From IMG/VR virus record IMGVR_UViG_3300009184_002810, positions 1 to 53,613 of that record: a stretch of 53,613 nt of DNA. One strand, given 5' to 3'. This stretch comes from a virus. Taxonomy: Duplodnaviria; Caudoviricetes. Positions within the stretch are counted from its first letter, which is position 1. Every line of letters starts with the position of its first letter. Positions 25,303 to 35,635 of the stretch are shown one piece after another. The notes beneath the pieces were generated by a model. The model made no database searches. It was not told the DNA's origin and saw only the letters and a list, made by a program, of their open reading frames with translations. Both the position numbers and the translations under genes were made by a program.

Positions 25303-26297
25303 TCACAGGTATTACAGGTATGGTAGGTTCTCACCTAGCTGATTTCTTATTAGAGAATACAGACTGGAAGATTTACGGTTTTCTAAGGTGGAATGATAAC
25401 TTAGAAAATATAGAGCACTTATCTGATACTATAAATAAAGGTAAAAGAATCAAATTAATATACGGAGACTTAAATGACATGTGTTCTTTAATAAATGCTG
25501 TTAATATATCCAAGCCAAATTACGTCTTTCATCTAGCAGCACAGTCTTATCCTCAAACAAGTTTTATATCTCCTATTGAAACGTTACAAACGAACATTAT
25601 AGGTACAGCTAACCTACTTGAAACACTAAAAAACTCTAAGTATAGTGATGCTAAGATACATGTTTGTTCTTCCAGTGAGATATTCGGTAAGGTTTCAAAA
25701 GATAAACTTCCAATAAACGAAGAGTGTTCAATACACCCAGCATCTCCTTATGCTATTTCAAAATGCGGTACAGATTTACTGGGTAAGTACTACGCTGAAG
25801 CATTCGATATGCAGATTATGACTACTAGAATGTTTACTCACACTGGTCCAAGACGTGGTGATGTATTTCATGAGTCTACTTTTGCAAAACAAATTGCAAT
25901 GATTGAAGCAGGATTACAGGAACCTAAGATCTACGTTGGTAATTTACAATCTTTAAGAACTTATGCTGATGTGAGAGATGCAGTTAAAGCTTACTACTTG
26001 CTTTTAACAGTTAATCCTACTGCAGGTGAGTATTACAATATAGGAGGAGAGTATACTTGTACAGTAGAAGAAACTTTATACCATTTAGTTAGACTTTCTA
26101 CGGTATCTAATATTCAAATAGTTGTTGACCAGGAAAGGTTAAGGCCTATAGATGCTGATTTGCAATTACCAGATACTTCTAAGTTTAAAAACCATACAGG
26201 TTGGAAGCCAGAAATATCTTACGAAACAACTATGCTAGATTTATTAAATTATTGGAGAGATAAAATAAAAACCGGACGTAAATTTTTAAGACGATGA
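25287..26297 (+). CDS. gmd: GDP-mannose 4,6-dehydratase-like extended SDR (start revised to ATG 25287)
   Basis: ITGITGMVGSHL, HLAAQS, SSSE, SPYAISK, VGNL...R...DVRD. Confidence 0.8.
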   Translation: MGNVLITGITGMVGSHLADFLLENTDWKIYGFLRWNDNLENIEHLSDTINKGKRIKLIYGDLNDMCSLINAVNISKPNYVFHLAAQSYPQTSFISPIETLQTNIIGTANLLETLKNSKYSDAKIHVCSSSEIFGKVSKDKLPINEECSIHPASPYAISKCGTDLLGKYYAEAFDMQIMTTRMFTHTGPRRGDVFHESTFAKQIAMIEAGLQEPKIYVGNLQSLRTYADVRDAVKAYYLLLTVNPTAGEYYNIGGEYTCTVEETLYHLVRLSTVSNIQIVVDQERLRPIDADLQLPDTSKFKNHTGWKPEISYETTMLDLLNYWRDKIKTGRKFLRR

Positions 26298-26836
26298 GTA
26301 CACCGCAATATACCCCTTATAAAGATGCTTTAACTAAAGCAATGGATACTTTAGGGCAATTCAGCTTCACTAATTTTATAGGTCAACAAATATTATGGCC
26401 AGGTAATCCTATGAGTACTACTTTAGGAGGAGTTCCTAAGCATAAAATGGTTGAAGTACCAGTTATGGAGGAATCTCAAATGGGAATGTCTCTCGGTTTA
26501 GCAATGGCAGGTAGATTTGTAATTACCTTCTATCCTCGTTGGGACTTCTTAATCTGTGCTACTAACCAACTAGTTAATCATGTTGATAAATTAAAACCGA
26601 TGAGTGGTTGGAATGTAGATATGATCATTAGAGTAGGTAAAGGATCAGATAAGCCCTTAGATCCAGGACATCAGCATAAAGGTAACTACTTAGAAGAGTT
26701 TAAATCAATGTGTAAGAATATAGAATTTCATAACTGCCTTACTTGGCAAGATATAGACTTGGCTTACGCTTACGCTACAAACTCCGGAGGTATAAATGTT
26801 ATTGTTGAGTATCCGGAGTTGTATTATTCCAGCTAA
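26294..26836 (+). CDS. TPP-dependent enzyme, E1-beta / transketolase pyrimidine-binding subunit
   Basis: EVPVMEESQMGMSLGLA, DFLICATNQLVN, GHQH. Confidence 0.85.
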   Translation: MSTPQYTPYKDALTKAMDTLGQFSFTNFIGQQILWPGNPMSTTLGGVPKHKMVEVPVMEESQMGMSLGLAMAGRFVITFYPRWDFLICATNQLVNHVDKLKPMSGWNVDMIIRVGKGSDKPLDPGHQHKGNYLEEFKSMCKNIEFHNCLTWQDIDLAYAYATNSGGINVIVEYPELYYSS

Positions 26837-27230
26837 CTTCCCAAACTTGCATATCAGCTGCCAAACAGTCAATCTTATAGTCCTTTCTACCGCCTGCTAC
26901 TTCTTGAATCTTATTCTTAGCTGTATTACGAATACCGTTTAGTCCGTGGGTTAGTTCTAAAGTGTTACCGTCTTTAATTCCTTTACGTACATTAGATTCG
27001 TTATGCCAGATATGCAAATTCATCTGTGCAAGGACTATAATTGCTCTAATTGTTTCTGCTGTTACTACTCCTTTCTGTTCGTTAAGCGCTAATTGTACGT
27101 CATGAGTGATATCTGCAATCTCTTGTGCATATTCAGCTTTATGTTCAGGTATGAAAACCTCTTTTAACTGTACAATACTTAATCTGTCTACTAATTCACT
27201 TAAGGTAGGTAAATACTTTCTGTCTGTCAT
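26799..27230 (-). CDS. Hypothetical helical protein often found in glycan loci (DUF6165/DUF4254-like)
   Basis: SELVDRLSIVQLK...NLHIWHNE...NGIR...KNKI pattern. Confidence 0.55.
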   Translation of the reverse strand: MTDRKYLPTLSELVDRLSIVQLKEVFIPEHKAEYAQEIADITHDVQLALNEQKGVVTAETIRAIIVLAQMNLHIWHNESNVRKGIKDGNTLELTHGLNGIRNTAKNKIQEVAGGRKDYKIDCLAADMQVWEVSWNNTTPDTQQ

Positions 27231-27589
27231 TATATGTTTATTTTATTAATTCCAAAATCTCGTTCTAAAGTTATTGCTACTGCTGTCTCTTCAGTGCTAT
27301 TAGGTTTATAGTCGTTAATTAGCACTCTTACTCCTCCTCCTATACCCATAATCAATTGATCATAGAATATTCCTGCTGATTCTAACTGTTCTACGGTAAT
27401 TTTTCTCATAGACTCTTTTCTTCCTGTAGTTAGGATAATGTTATACCCTTTCTTATCCCATTCTAATAACTTCTCTACAGTACCAGGTAGAACTTTAGGT
27501 TTAAAACCGTAAAAGCTTGCTCCTGGGGGGAAATGCTCGAGTAATGTTCCGTCTATATCGCAAAAAATTGTTTTAGGCCTAATATCCAT
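27230..27589 (-). CDS. Capless HAD-family phosphatase
   Basis: CDIDGT, LTTGR, YDQLIMG, IND. Confidence 0.85.
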   Translation of the reverse strand: MDIRPKTIFCDIDGTLLEHFPPGASFYGFKPKVLPGTVEKLLEWDKKGYNIILTTGRKESMRKITVEQLESAGIFYDQLIMGIGGGVRVLINDYKPNSTEETAVAITLERDFGINKINI

Positions 27590-28511
27590 TTAATCTATGT
27601 TTTATTGTATCTTTAACAATGTTATTTATGTCTTTCTTTAAGGTTAGCTTACCGTAATTATAATGTCCGCATACTCTTATTACCGTATCTTTATCGTTTA
27701 TATCAAACTCCGGCGTAACCCATCGCTCCCACTTTCTAGACTCTACACACACCTTATAAAAAGCGTTTTTTTCTACTTCGCTCATATGTTCTAGATATAC
27801 TTCTGTTTCAAGCTGTATTAATTCAGGCCCTATATTAATAGCATCTATTCCAGCATGGAATCTCATATCTTTTTCTTCCTTTGATAAGTAATCACCGTTA
27901 TGCTCCTTAGTCTTTTTTCCGTACTCTTTACATACCCTAACCATAGCTGATAAAGGTTCTGTTAAAAACTTACTTGTATTCTTTCTGCTTACTAAATCTA
28001 TCTTAACTCCAGACTGTACTACTACATATTCTATATTATCAAACGCTTCTGCAGAAAAAAACCTTAGGTCTGAAAGTATAGCTCGGTATTCTTTATAATT
28101 GAATTGCTTAATAGCAGCTTCTGTTAGTACTTCGTATTTTACTTTAGGATTATGCTGATATAACTCTAGCAAAGTATTATTAGTTAGGCTTAATCCTTCT
28201 GAAATAGACTTAGCTTGCTTCCAGGGGTCAATATGTATTATATCAAAGTAGTTTAAATCATCTCTATAAGAAACAAGTCCGTTATCCTCAACTGTTCCTT
28301 GAGAAGGTCCTCCATGGTCTCTCTCTAATATAATACTACTATTTTTACTTTTAACGTAATCGTAAAAACTTTTCGTATTCCATCCGTTAACATATCCGCC
28401 GTCATAATCTACTTGACGTCTAGTTACTGCAAAGCCAAAGTCAGTAGAGTCTAGCACACAGACAGTATCTACAATATTTTTCGACATCGGACAAATAAAG
28501 TACTTAGCCAT
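27579..28511 (-). CDS. GatZ/KbaZ-like TIM-barrel (tagatose-phosphate epimerase/aldolase family)
   Basis: ERDHGGP, IHIDP, VVVQSG, KEHNGDY, AINIGPE. Confidence 0.75.
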   Translation of the reverse strand: MAKYFICPMSKNIVDTVCVLDSTDFGFAVTRRQVDYDGGYVNGWNTKSFYDYVKSKNSSIILERDHGGPSQGTVEDNGLVSYRDDLNYFDIIHIDPWKQAKSISEGLSLTNNTLLELYQHNPKVKYEVLTEAAIKQFNYKEYRAILSDLRFFSAEAFDNIEYVVVQSGVKIDLVSRKNTSKFLTEPLSAMVRVCKEYGKKTKEHNGDYLSKEEKDMRFHAGIDAINIGPELIQLETEVYLEHMSEVEKNAFYKVCVESRKWERWVTPEFDINDKDTVIRVCGHYNYGKLTLKKDINNIVKDTIKHRLNGY

Positions 28512-29124
28512 TTATGTATAGTTTATATTGTTCTTCTGCTTGTAACTTAGATATCTCTTTTCCTACTTCTGTAAAGCCTCTAGCATCAAAGATAGTATTG
28601 ATTTCAGATTTAATCTCAGCTGGTGTTGCATTTATAAAATATTCTCCAGTTACTTCGTCTATAGTATTAATATCTTTTCTACTTACTATTGAAAAATTTA
28701 TGCCTAGTTGAGTAAAAGCATACATTATTGCTTTAGCAAAGCCGCCTGTCCCTATAATATTAATATGTTTTAAGCCTTTATCTTTAAAAAAGTTAAATAC
28801 TCCTACCCAATCTGTATTATAAGCTTTAAAATGTCCGTTATTATTCACAACAGTATTAGCAGCGCCTATTACTTGAGCTATAGGATCTACTTCGTCCACG
28901 TACTTTAATACTTCTGTTTTAAATGGCATACTAACAGCAAAGCCGCTAAAGTTTAATATTCTAGCAGCAAAAACAGAATCTCTTATATCCTCCGAGTAGA
29001 AAGATTTATAGATAGCATTTATACTGTCTTGTTCAAACTTGGGATTAAAGAACATAGATCCGTTGTTGCCTGGGTCTGAAGAAAATGATCCGTATAGTCT
29101 TGTATGTTTATTTACTGTAGTCAT
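28504..29124 (-). CDS. aroE: Shikimate/quinate dehydrogenase-like protein
   Basis: VSMPFK, IGAANTV, YNTDWVG, GTGGFAKA, INATP. Confidence 0.8.
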   Translation of the reverse strand: MTTVNKHTRLYGSFSSDPGNNGSMFFNPKFEQDSINAIYKSFYSEDIRDSVFAARILNFSGFAVSMPFKTEVLKYVDEVDPIAQVIGAANTVVNNNGHFKAYNTDWVGVFNFFKDKGLKHINIIGTGGFAKAIMYAFTQLGINFSIVSRKDINTIDEVTGEYFINATPAEIKSEINTIFDARGFTEVGKEISKLQAEEQYKLYING

Positions 29125-31021
29125 TTAATATTTCAATTGCTTTAAACCATAACATCTTTCCGAACTTCTCATCATGCAACGGAGACATGTTTAAAAATAT
29201 CAAGCCCGTTATTAATTTTACCTTATCTAAGTCGAATCCATTTTTAGTAATCCAGTTCTCATACTGTAATCTAAACTCTCCTAAATCTTCGCTAACAAAG
29301 TAATTGTACACAATCTCAGTAGACCCTTCTACTAATTCGATAGCATTATATTCCTTCATCATATCGTAAGGAATAATAGTACCGCCGTACAACTTAGCTA
29401 AGTCATAGTAGATGTCTCCGCCCTTTGTTGAACCCCCGAACGACTCTCTCCAATCAATATAAGTAAATTTACCCGAAAAGCTATGCCAAATTATATTATC
29501 AAACTGCAAATCGCCGTGAAATAAAGTATACATCGGATTGTCGTAGAGTACCTGTGTATCAAGTTGAGTTAGTATAGAGTCCATTGAACTATACTTCTTA
29601 CCGTTAATACTGTAGTTTTTATTAAAGTACTCTGAACCAAACCTATCTAGAAAAGCTAATACTCTATTAGTAGTCTTTGTACCGTAGAATTTATCAAATA
29701 ACTCCTTATCTCCTTTATATTTTTCACTACTATTAATATTAACCTCTAATTGATTTAAAAATTTACTATAAAGAATACTCGAATCATGTCTATATAGAGT
29801 ATCGCCCTGCTCCCAATGATAGCTTATAAAATTATCTGTCGATTTAAAGTTTGACGGAATTAAATCCTTTAGTATCTCTGCTCTTTCAGCCTTATTCCTG
29901 TTAAACTCTCTATCCGGACTAAATTTAATAAAATTACCCATTTTATAAGTTACTTCCTCTGTTACTTTATATAGAGATAAAGGGTTATCGTGAAAATATT
30001 CCTTAGCTCTATTTAAATCATCTAGGTTACCTGTATCTAACCACTTTAAATGCTTAGCTTTAAACTTAGTATACTTATTTGTATTTTCAAATGCAGATAC
30101 TAGCTCTCCATTCTTCATATTAGCCTCTAATTCACTCCAGAATATCTCATAATCCCAGATGCTAGCTAAGCCTATAAACGCATTATCGTAACCTTTAGCG
30201 TCTTTGTTTGTAAATGCTAAAATATTATCGTCTTTATCAATTTGAATTGTCGAATACTTCTCAGGATAGGCTGTAGGATGTACAGCTAACCAGTTTCCGT
30301 CTAAATGAGGCATTTTAGAATCGATAATACAATCTGCTACTGCAAAATAAAAGGGTCGTTGTAAATACTCTTTGCATTGTAGTGCTGAATAACCTGGACC
30401 AGAACCTTCTCCTTCGTACTTGTCTATGTTTACAAATGTAAAGTTATGCTCTGGGTAGGCTAATTGGCAGTACTGCTTTAACTCACTTCCTTTATAACCT
30501 AAAGACATTACAAATTCATACTCTTTAGGAAATTTATCAATAATATAAGAGATAATAGCTCTGTTGTTAATTGGTAACATTGCTTTATTCATACTCTTTG
30601 TTAAATCACCTAAACGGGTTCCTAATCCTGCAGCAGCAATAAATACAGCAGGTGTTTTATGCTCTGCTTCAATTTTACCATCGGTTCTATTAAATTCGTC
30701 GTTTATTCTAATAACATCATCTACATGAGGTGTAGATACTTCCTGTAAAATAATATCTGTAAGAGCTATTACTCTATGCTTTCTAGGAGGTACTACGTTA
30801 AAGAAATCTCCTGCTTTCATTATCTTCTTCTCAACAATTCCACTTTCGTTTTCAAGCCATATTTCAGCTGTTCCTTCAATTATATAGTTAGTCTCTCGTT
30901 TAAACTCGTGGTATTGATAGCTAGTCTTATAGCCAGCGTTAATATAAATGCGCTTATAGCAATAAGCATCATTTAATTCAAGCCATTCTTCCTTTCCCCA
31001 CGGTTTATGTACTACTTTCAT
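29108..31021 (-). CDS. Three-domain cupin + sugar nucleotidyltransferase + APH/choline-kinase-like protein
   Basis: KPWGKE / SYQYH cupin; AAGLGTR...NKAML nucleotidyltransferase; HGDLQFDNI...IDWRE...YDLAKL kinase. Confidence 0.85.
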   Translation of the reverse strand: MKVVHKPWGKEEWLELNDAYCYKRIYINAGYKTSYQYHEFKRETNYIIEGTAEIWLENESGIVEKKIMKAGDFFNVVPPRKHRVIALTDIILQEVSTPHVDDVIRINDEFNRTDGKIEAEHKTPAVFIAAAGLGTRLGDLTKSMNKAMLPINNRAIISYIIDKFPKEYEFVMSLGYKGSELKQYCQLAYPEHNFTFVNIDKYEGEGSGPGYSALQCKEYLQRPFYFAVADCIIDSKMPHLDGNWLAVHPTAYPEKYSTIQIDKDDNILAFTNKDAKGYDNAFIGLASIWDYEIFWSELEANMKNGELVSAFENTNKYTKFKAKHLKWLDTGNLDDLNRAKEYFHDNPLSLYKVTEEVTYKMGNFIKFSPDREFNRNKAERAEILKDLIPSNFKSTDNFISYHWEQGDTLYRHDSSILYSKFLNQLEVNINSSEKYKGDKELFDKFYGTKTTNRVLAFLDRFGSEYFNKNYSINGKKYSSMDSILTQLDTQVLYDNPMYTLFHGDLQFDNIIWHSFSGKFTYIDWRESFGGSTKGGDIYYDLAKLYGGTIIPYDMMKEYNAIELVEGSTEIVYNYFVSEDLGEFRLQYENWITKNGFDLDKVKLITGLIFLNMSPLHDEKFGKMLWFKAIEILNDYSK

Positions 31022-31794
31022 ATTTTATCTTTTATAAAACCGTAAAATCCATCGGCAAAGCTCTTATGCCATGCTGTTCCTGGATGTTGGTTGTCTGCAG
31101 CCTTGTGATCGTTCTGATAACAGTCTTCTGGCTCGTAAAATGTACGGTAATTAATTGTATTTTCCAACTTTGATTTTAAATTCTTATAAATTTCGTAATA
31201 ATAACCGGCTACAGTGTGGAAGGTCTTTATTCTGTATACTCTTGAGAGAGCTTCTACGAATTGATATGCTTCCCAGAATTCCATTAAGTCTTGATTGTCA
31301 TTTCTTAGCTGTAAAAACAGTAAATCCTCTTCGTTATTACGCCAAACAGGGTCTTCATTAGTAGCTGTTCTAAAACCTCCTATCTTTCGAAATTCCCCCG
31401 TCTCTGTTATGTAGTCCCTTCTAGAAAACCCAGGCCACATTATTAAGGCTATATCTGGAGTTATTTCAGAGTTGAGAAACTTGTAAAAGGTCTTAGCAAC
31501 AAAAGAAACAGATGCACCGTACATTCCGTAGTTATGAACTCTACCTAATTTATTTCCTATAAGGCTAGGCCAGATTAAATTGTTATCAACACCTATTCCC
31601 ATTGTCCAGGAACATCCTAAAGTTAGTACGTTGTATTGAGGTACTGTTTTAAAAGGTTTAGAAGCACGATACCCGTATTCGTTCATTTCATACGTAATAA
31701 GACCGCTATTATCACTAGCTAAAGTGCTTAGGGTCTTGTTTACATACTGCGGATGTACAATAATATTATTTGATAATACTGACTCTATGTTCAT
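31018..31794 (-). CDS. SGNH/GDSL-like protein
   Basis: LGCSWTMG, NYGMYGAS, DNQHPG. Confidence 0.75.
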   Translation of the reverse strand: MNIESVLSNNIIVHPQYVNKTLSTLASDNSGLITYEMNEYGYRASKPFKTVPQYNVLTLGCSWTMGIGVDNNLIWPSLIGNKLGRVHNYGMYGASVSFVAKTFYKFLNSEITPDIALIMWPGFSRRDYITETGEFRKIGGFRTATNEDPVWRNNEEDLLFLQLRNDNQDLMEFWEAYQFVEALSRVYRIKTFHTVAGYYYEIYKNLKSKLENTINYRTFYEPEDCYQNDHKAADNQHPGTAWHKSFADGFYGFIKDKI

Positions 31795-33209
31795 ATTAAC
31801 TTATTAACGATATCGCTAAACTCTTTTATTACAGCCTCTCCAAATAATCTGTTTTTATGATGATTTATAAGGTGGTTGTGGTTATGAATGAGTATATCTT
31901 TCATTCCCCAATACCAGTTATGTAGTTCTTCTTTAGACATACTACAAAGTCTTTTAATTTCAACATATACCTTCTTTAATCTAAGATTCGCATCTTCTAT
32001 CTCATCATAACTTTCGTCAATATAAGGAGAAAATGTCTTGAAACCTAATTCTCTTAGTAACTTTAACGCTCCAGGATAGGCTACTAATATAAAAGGAGAG
32101 TAATTTACTAAAGGCTTAAATACTTTTTCCGTGAAAGACTTATGTTCCCCGTGAATGAAAGTTTCGAAACATATTTCAAAGTATGAATCGCTATAAGATT
32201 TAAAATCAACGTCGGTCCATGCATTTACGCTATACTGTGATATAGCCTGTTCGTTTTGTAAGAAATGAGGTGCAGTATCGTGTAACTGCTTTACAGTTTC
32301 TAAATTAACATCTGTGAAGTCGTAGTGATCTAACGTACCTACAGCTGCAGTTTCGTTATAAGGACTGTTTAGTAAAAAAGACCAATCCCCGTACTTTAAT
32401 AAATCGTCAGTAGCCATTTTATACAGGAATGCTAATCTTTGGCTTCTGCCGTTTCTTATTTTCATTAAAAAATGATTCCTCCTAATAGTAGAGTGTGTAG
32501 ATAAAAAATCCTGCTCATTCATACAAAGAGGAATATTTTTTTCTAAAGCATCACTGTAGTACCAGGAACTATGATCGTAACAAAAAGGTAGGTTTCTAAC
32601 TTTTAATTGTCTTTCTTCTTCTGGAAACCAGTTTTCGTAACACTGTTGTGCGTTAAAGCTATTAACGCATATGAAAACTGATTTAGAGGGTATATCGCTG
32701 AGTTTTAAACATTCGTGTAATGCAATATAAGTTTCTCTATCGATCCATGGTTCCATGGAATAGTCTAAATAGATAGTAGCTCTTCTGTCTTTAATGTATT
32801 CCATTGCTCTTTTAGAAATGTACTTCCAGAAGAACTCTCCATTCATTCTATTTCCTTGTCCTGTATTATAACCTGCAAATTGATTTAATATAGCGTTAGG
32901 TTTGATAGGGTATATAAAATCTCGATAAGAGGGTATATTCAAATACAGAGCTTTTTCTTCGCTTTGTACTAAAGACTTATACACTTGTGCTTGATAAAAA
33001 TAACCTGTTGCAGAATTTGGCATTCCTCCAAGTTCGTTATCAAATAGCTCTCCTAAAGAAATCTGCTGTTCAAATAAGGTTGCATTCTGTGCTTTAGTAG
33101 AATGCATAGAAGACAAGTAGTTAATTACTCCAACCTCCGGCATAGTAGCATTCGGGAGTATAAATGTAGGAAAAACGTAGTCAAAAATAAAGTCTATTTT
33201 ATATTTCAT
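31791..33209 (-). CDS. Putative glycosyltransferase (GT10-like C-terminal domain)
   Basis: EICFET...FTEKVFKP...PFILV...LRELGFKTF...DESYD. Confidence 0.55.
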   Translation of the reverse strand: MKYKIDFIFDYVFPTFILPNATMPEVGVINYLSSMHSTKAQNATLFEQQISLGELFDNELGGMPNSATGYFYQAQVYKSLVQSEEKALYLNIPSYRDFIYPIKPNAILNQFAGYNTGQGNRMNGEFFWKYISKRAMEYIKDRRATIYLDYSMEPWIDRETYIALHECLKLSDIPSKSVFICVNSFNAQQCYENWFPEEERQLKVRNLPFCYDHSSWYYSDALEKNIPLCMNEQDFLSTHSTIRRNHFLMKIRNGRSQRLAFLYKMATDDLLKYGDWSFLLNSPYNETAAVGTLDHYDFTDVNLETVKQLHDTAPHFLQNEQAISQYSVNAWTDVDFKSYSDSYFEICFETFIHGEHKSFTEKVFKPLVNYSPFILVAYPGALKLLRELGFKTFSPYIDESYDEIEDANLRLKKVYVEIKRLCSMSKEELHNWYWGMKDILIHNHNHLINHHKNRLFGEAVIKEFSDIVNKLI

Positions 33210-33985
33210 TAGAATAGCGGGTAGTTTAGGGCTTTGTTATAAGGTTTGTTTAAATGAGTAAAAAACGAAGTAGCTTGCGTTTGATGAGATCTTAAATCTA
33301 AAGTGCTTTCTAATAGTTCGTAAATTTCTCTAGTTTTATTTGTATTAAATTCAGGTAATTTTTCTTTTACGAATTCGTAATGCATTAACTGAGTCGGATG
33401 TCCGTCTTCGTGCTGGTCGTGTTCAAATCTATAGTAATCTTTAGGGTAGGTGTACCTTTTATTCTTCCAGGTATCCATAGATTCTTTATCGTCAAGTAAA
33501 TTTATAAACTCTTCGTAGTATTTCTTAGTAGGTTCTTTAATTTCTTCATAAAAGGAAGAATATATTATAGAATTATCTAGAGAAGAAAGAAATTTGTACT
33601 TTACCTTTTTAAGATCTAGTATAGTTTTTATAGTACTAGCAGCAATCCAGGTATTATAGACTCCCCAATCTATTGACCACATATTATCTATAAAGCCTTT
33701 ATCTATGCCTGCATGATATACATTACCGTTACATACCCAGCCGTCTTTATTATAAAATGAGAACCTTGTTATACCAGTAAACATAATTATAACATGGTCC
33801 TGCTCGTTTAAATTAAGTAGTTTATCTACCTCTATAAATTTATTCATTAAATAGGTATTACACGCTCCACCGCGGCCAAAATTATAGTACTCTTTAAAAT
33901 TAGGTCCTATTAAGTCTGCCCAGGTAGCAAACCAGCAACCGGTATAACTACATCCAAACGTAAAAAGTCTATTTAAGCCATCCAT
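33209..33985 (-). CDS. SGNH/GDSL-like protein
   Basis: FGCSYT, NFGRGGACN, DGHP. Confidence 0.75.
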   Translation of the reverse strand: MDGLNRLFTFGCSYTGCWFATWADLIGPNFKEYYNFGRGGACNTYLMNKFIEVDKLLNLNEQDHVIIMFTGITRFSFYNKDGWVCNGNVYHAGIDKGFIDNMWSIDWGVYNTWIAASTIKTILDLKKVKYKFLSSLDNSIIYSSFYEEIKEPTKKYYEEFINLLDDKESMDTWKNKRYTYPKDYYRFEHDQHEDGHPTQLMHYEFVKEKLPEFNTNKTREIYELLESTLDLRSHQTQATSFFTHLNKPYNKALNYPLF

Positions 33986-34763
33986 TAGTCTCTACTTTTT
34001 TAAGTATAGTTTCGTATACAACTTTCTGACCTTCTGCAGATGTGTGTAAGGTGTTTAAATCGTCTGGAAATTTACTTGATAACTTATACCAGTCTACATT
34101 TACTAGATTTTCTCTAGGTACAAATTGAGTAAATTCACTATCATATGTTAAAATTAAATGATTAACTCCCTTACTCTTTAATAAGTTATGAGCCATTGTA
34201 ATAATACCAACATCAAAGTACCGTTGTATCTTTTCATCAAATATTTCAGCATAGTACTCTCTTAGTAACTTCATTCTTTCCGGTCTCTCTCCTTTAAACT
34301 TAGCAAAATAATCTCCTGCGCCTCTCTTACCGCTTAGGATGTTATCTACATAATCCACCACCCCGTAGAAGTTCTCTGTAAGCATCTCTCCCTTGTACTT
34401 AGGATCATCTTTCATTGGATTATCTAAAAGGTAGGCATACGTGTCTTTACCGTAGGGCGGATACTGGTGATAATTCACATTAGTTAGTCTAAGTTGTCCG
34501 TCTTTTAGGTTTATATCTTCAGGAAACCAATCCACTCTGTTGTAAGATGTAACTCCGATACAGAGTAAGTCTATATTATTTAAATTTTCTAAAGCATACT
34601 TTACTTGTAAAAAGATAGATAGATTTGTACTAGATCCTTTAGCATAGTTATAAAGTTTCTTATTAAAGTTTTTCGCTAGTAAAGACCCGAAAGGCTCATT
34701 ATGTAAATCATGGCAACCTATCCCAATACTAAACGAATCGCCACACACAACTATATTGCTCAT
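33969..34763 (-). CDS. SGNH/GDSL-like protein
   Basis: CGDSFSIG, NYAKGSSTN, TLHTS. Confidence 0.7.
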   Translation of the reverse strand: MSNIVVCGDSFSIGIGCHDLHNEPFGSLLAKNFNKKLYNYAKGSSTNLSIFLQVKYALENLNNIDLLCIGVTSYNRVDWFPEDINLKDGQLRLTNVNYHQYPPYGKDTYAYLLDNPMKDDPKYKGEMLTENFYGVVDYVDNILSGKRGAGDYFAKFKGERPERMKLLREYYAEIFDEKIQRYFDVGIITMAHNLLKSKGVNHLILTYDSEFTQFVPRENLVNVDWYKLSSKFPDDLNTLHTSAEGQKVVYETILKKVETNGWLK

Positions 34764-35635
34764 AACAAATTATTTTCATTAATGTATTTAACTAATTCTT
34801 CTGCCCATAATCTATGAGACTTAGGAGAAGGATGCCAACCGTTGTACGGGTCTTCTGTATTTTTAAGCTCCATAAAGCTCTTAAAAGTACTTACAGGTAG
34901 GTCTTTTTTATAAAATCTCACTTTATCTATAGTATCCCATAAACTAAGATACTCGTACATGTGATGCTTTCTGCCTTGCTCAGTAGAAGTCTGGTATGGT
35001 GTTCCATGTAAGTTTAATTGTTCTAATTCTCCTTTAACATCTAAATCATTCCACTCTTTAGGATTTTTACCTGGTGTTTGATAGAATGAATTGTAGCACA
35101 TCCACTTAATATTATGTGCATTTAAAAAATTCTGTAACTGTAATACGTTCATTACATAACGAGGTAAGTACTCTTCAGGATGCCATAGGTATGTTACATA
35201 TAGTTGCCAAAAGTCTTCTTGTGGAGGGCTATCGAAATGCCTTACTTGAGGCCATAATCTAAACTTACCGTCATATTTTTCATCTTTATACCAAAAAGAG
35301 TTCCTTTCAGGAGAAGACCAACCTACGATTACAAATAAATCGTCTGTCGGTAATCCTTTAGCTATGTAGTTGGTTGTAATATATGTAATAGTTCTATTCA
35401 AAATAGTTCCATTATCGTCAGCAGGCCATGCTAAATTTATTACTTCTGCATCCATTAACTCAGACAAATGAGTTGTGAATATTTCAGGTATTCTATAGGA
35501 ATCGTTTTCTTCCATCCAATCGTACTTACCGGGATGAACTTTTCCGTCATATCTCATACTAATATTAGGGTCTGCTATTTCAGATCCAAAGGTCCAAGAA
35601 TCTCCATCGCAAATAACTTTCAATTTTTTACTCAT
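34760..35635 (-). CDS. SGNH/GDSL-like protein
   Basis: DGDSWTFG, NLAWPADDN, GWHPS. Confidence 0.7.
   Translation of the reverse strand: MSKKLKVICDGDSWTFGSEIADPNISMRYDGKVHPGKYDWMEENDSYRIPEIFTTHLSELMDAEVINLAWPADDNGTILNRTITYITTNYIAKGLPTDDLFVIVGWSSPERNSFWYKDEKYDGKFRLWPQVRHFDSPPQEDFWQLYVTYLWHPEEYLPRYVMNVLQLQNFLNAHNIKWMCYNSFYQTPGKNPKEWNDLDVKGELEQLNLHGTPYQTSTEQGRKHHMYEYLSLWDTIDKVRFYKKDLPVSTFKSFMELKNTEDPYNGWHPSPKSHRLWAEELVKYINENNLL

Noticed and set aside
24721-26836. Pyruvate dehydrogenase auxiliary metabolic genes
   Set aside because: Both subunits are short, no E2/E3 is present, and they flank a sugar dehydratase; sugar branching fits better.
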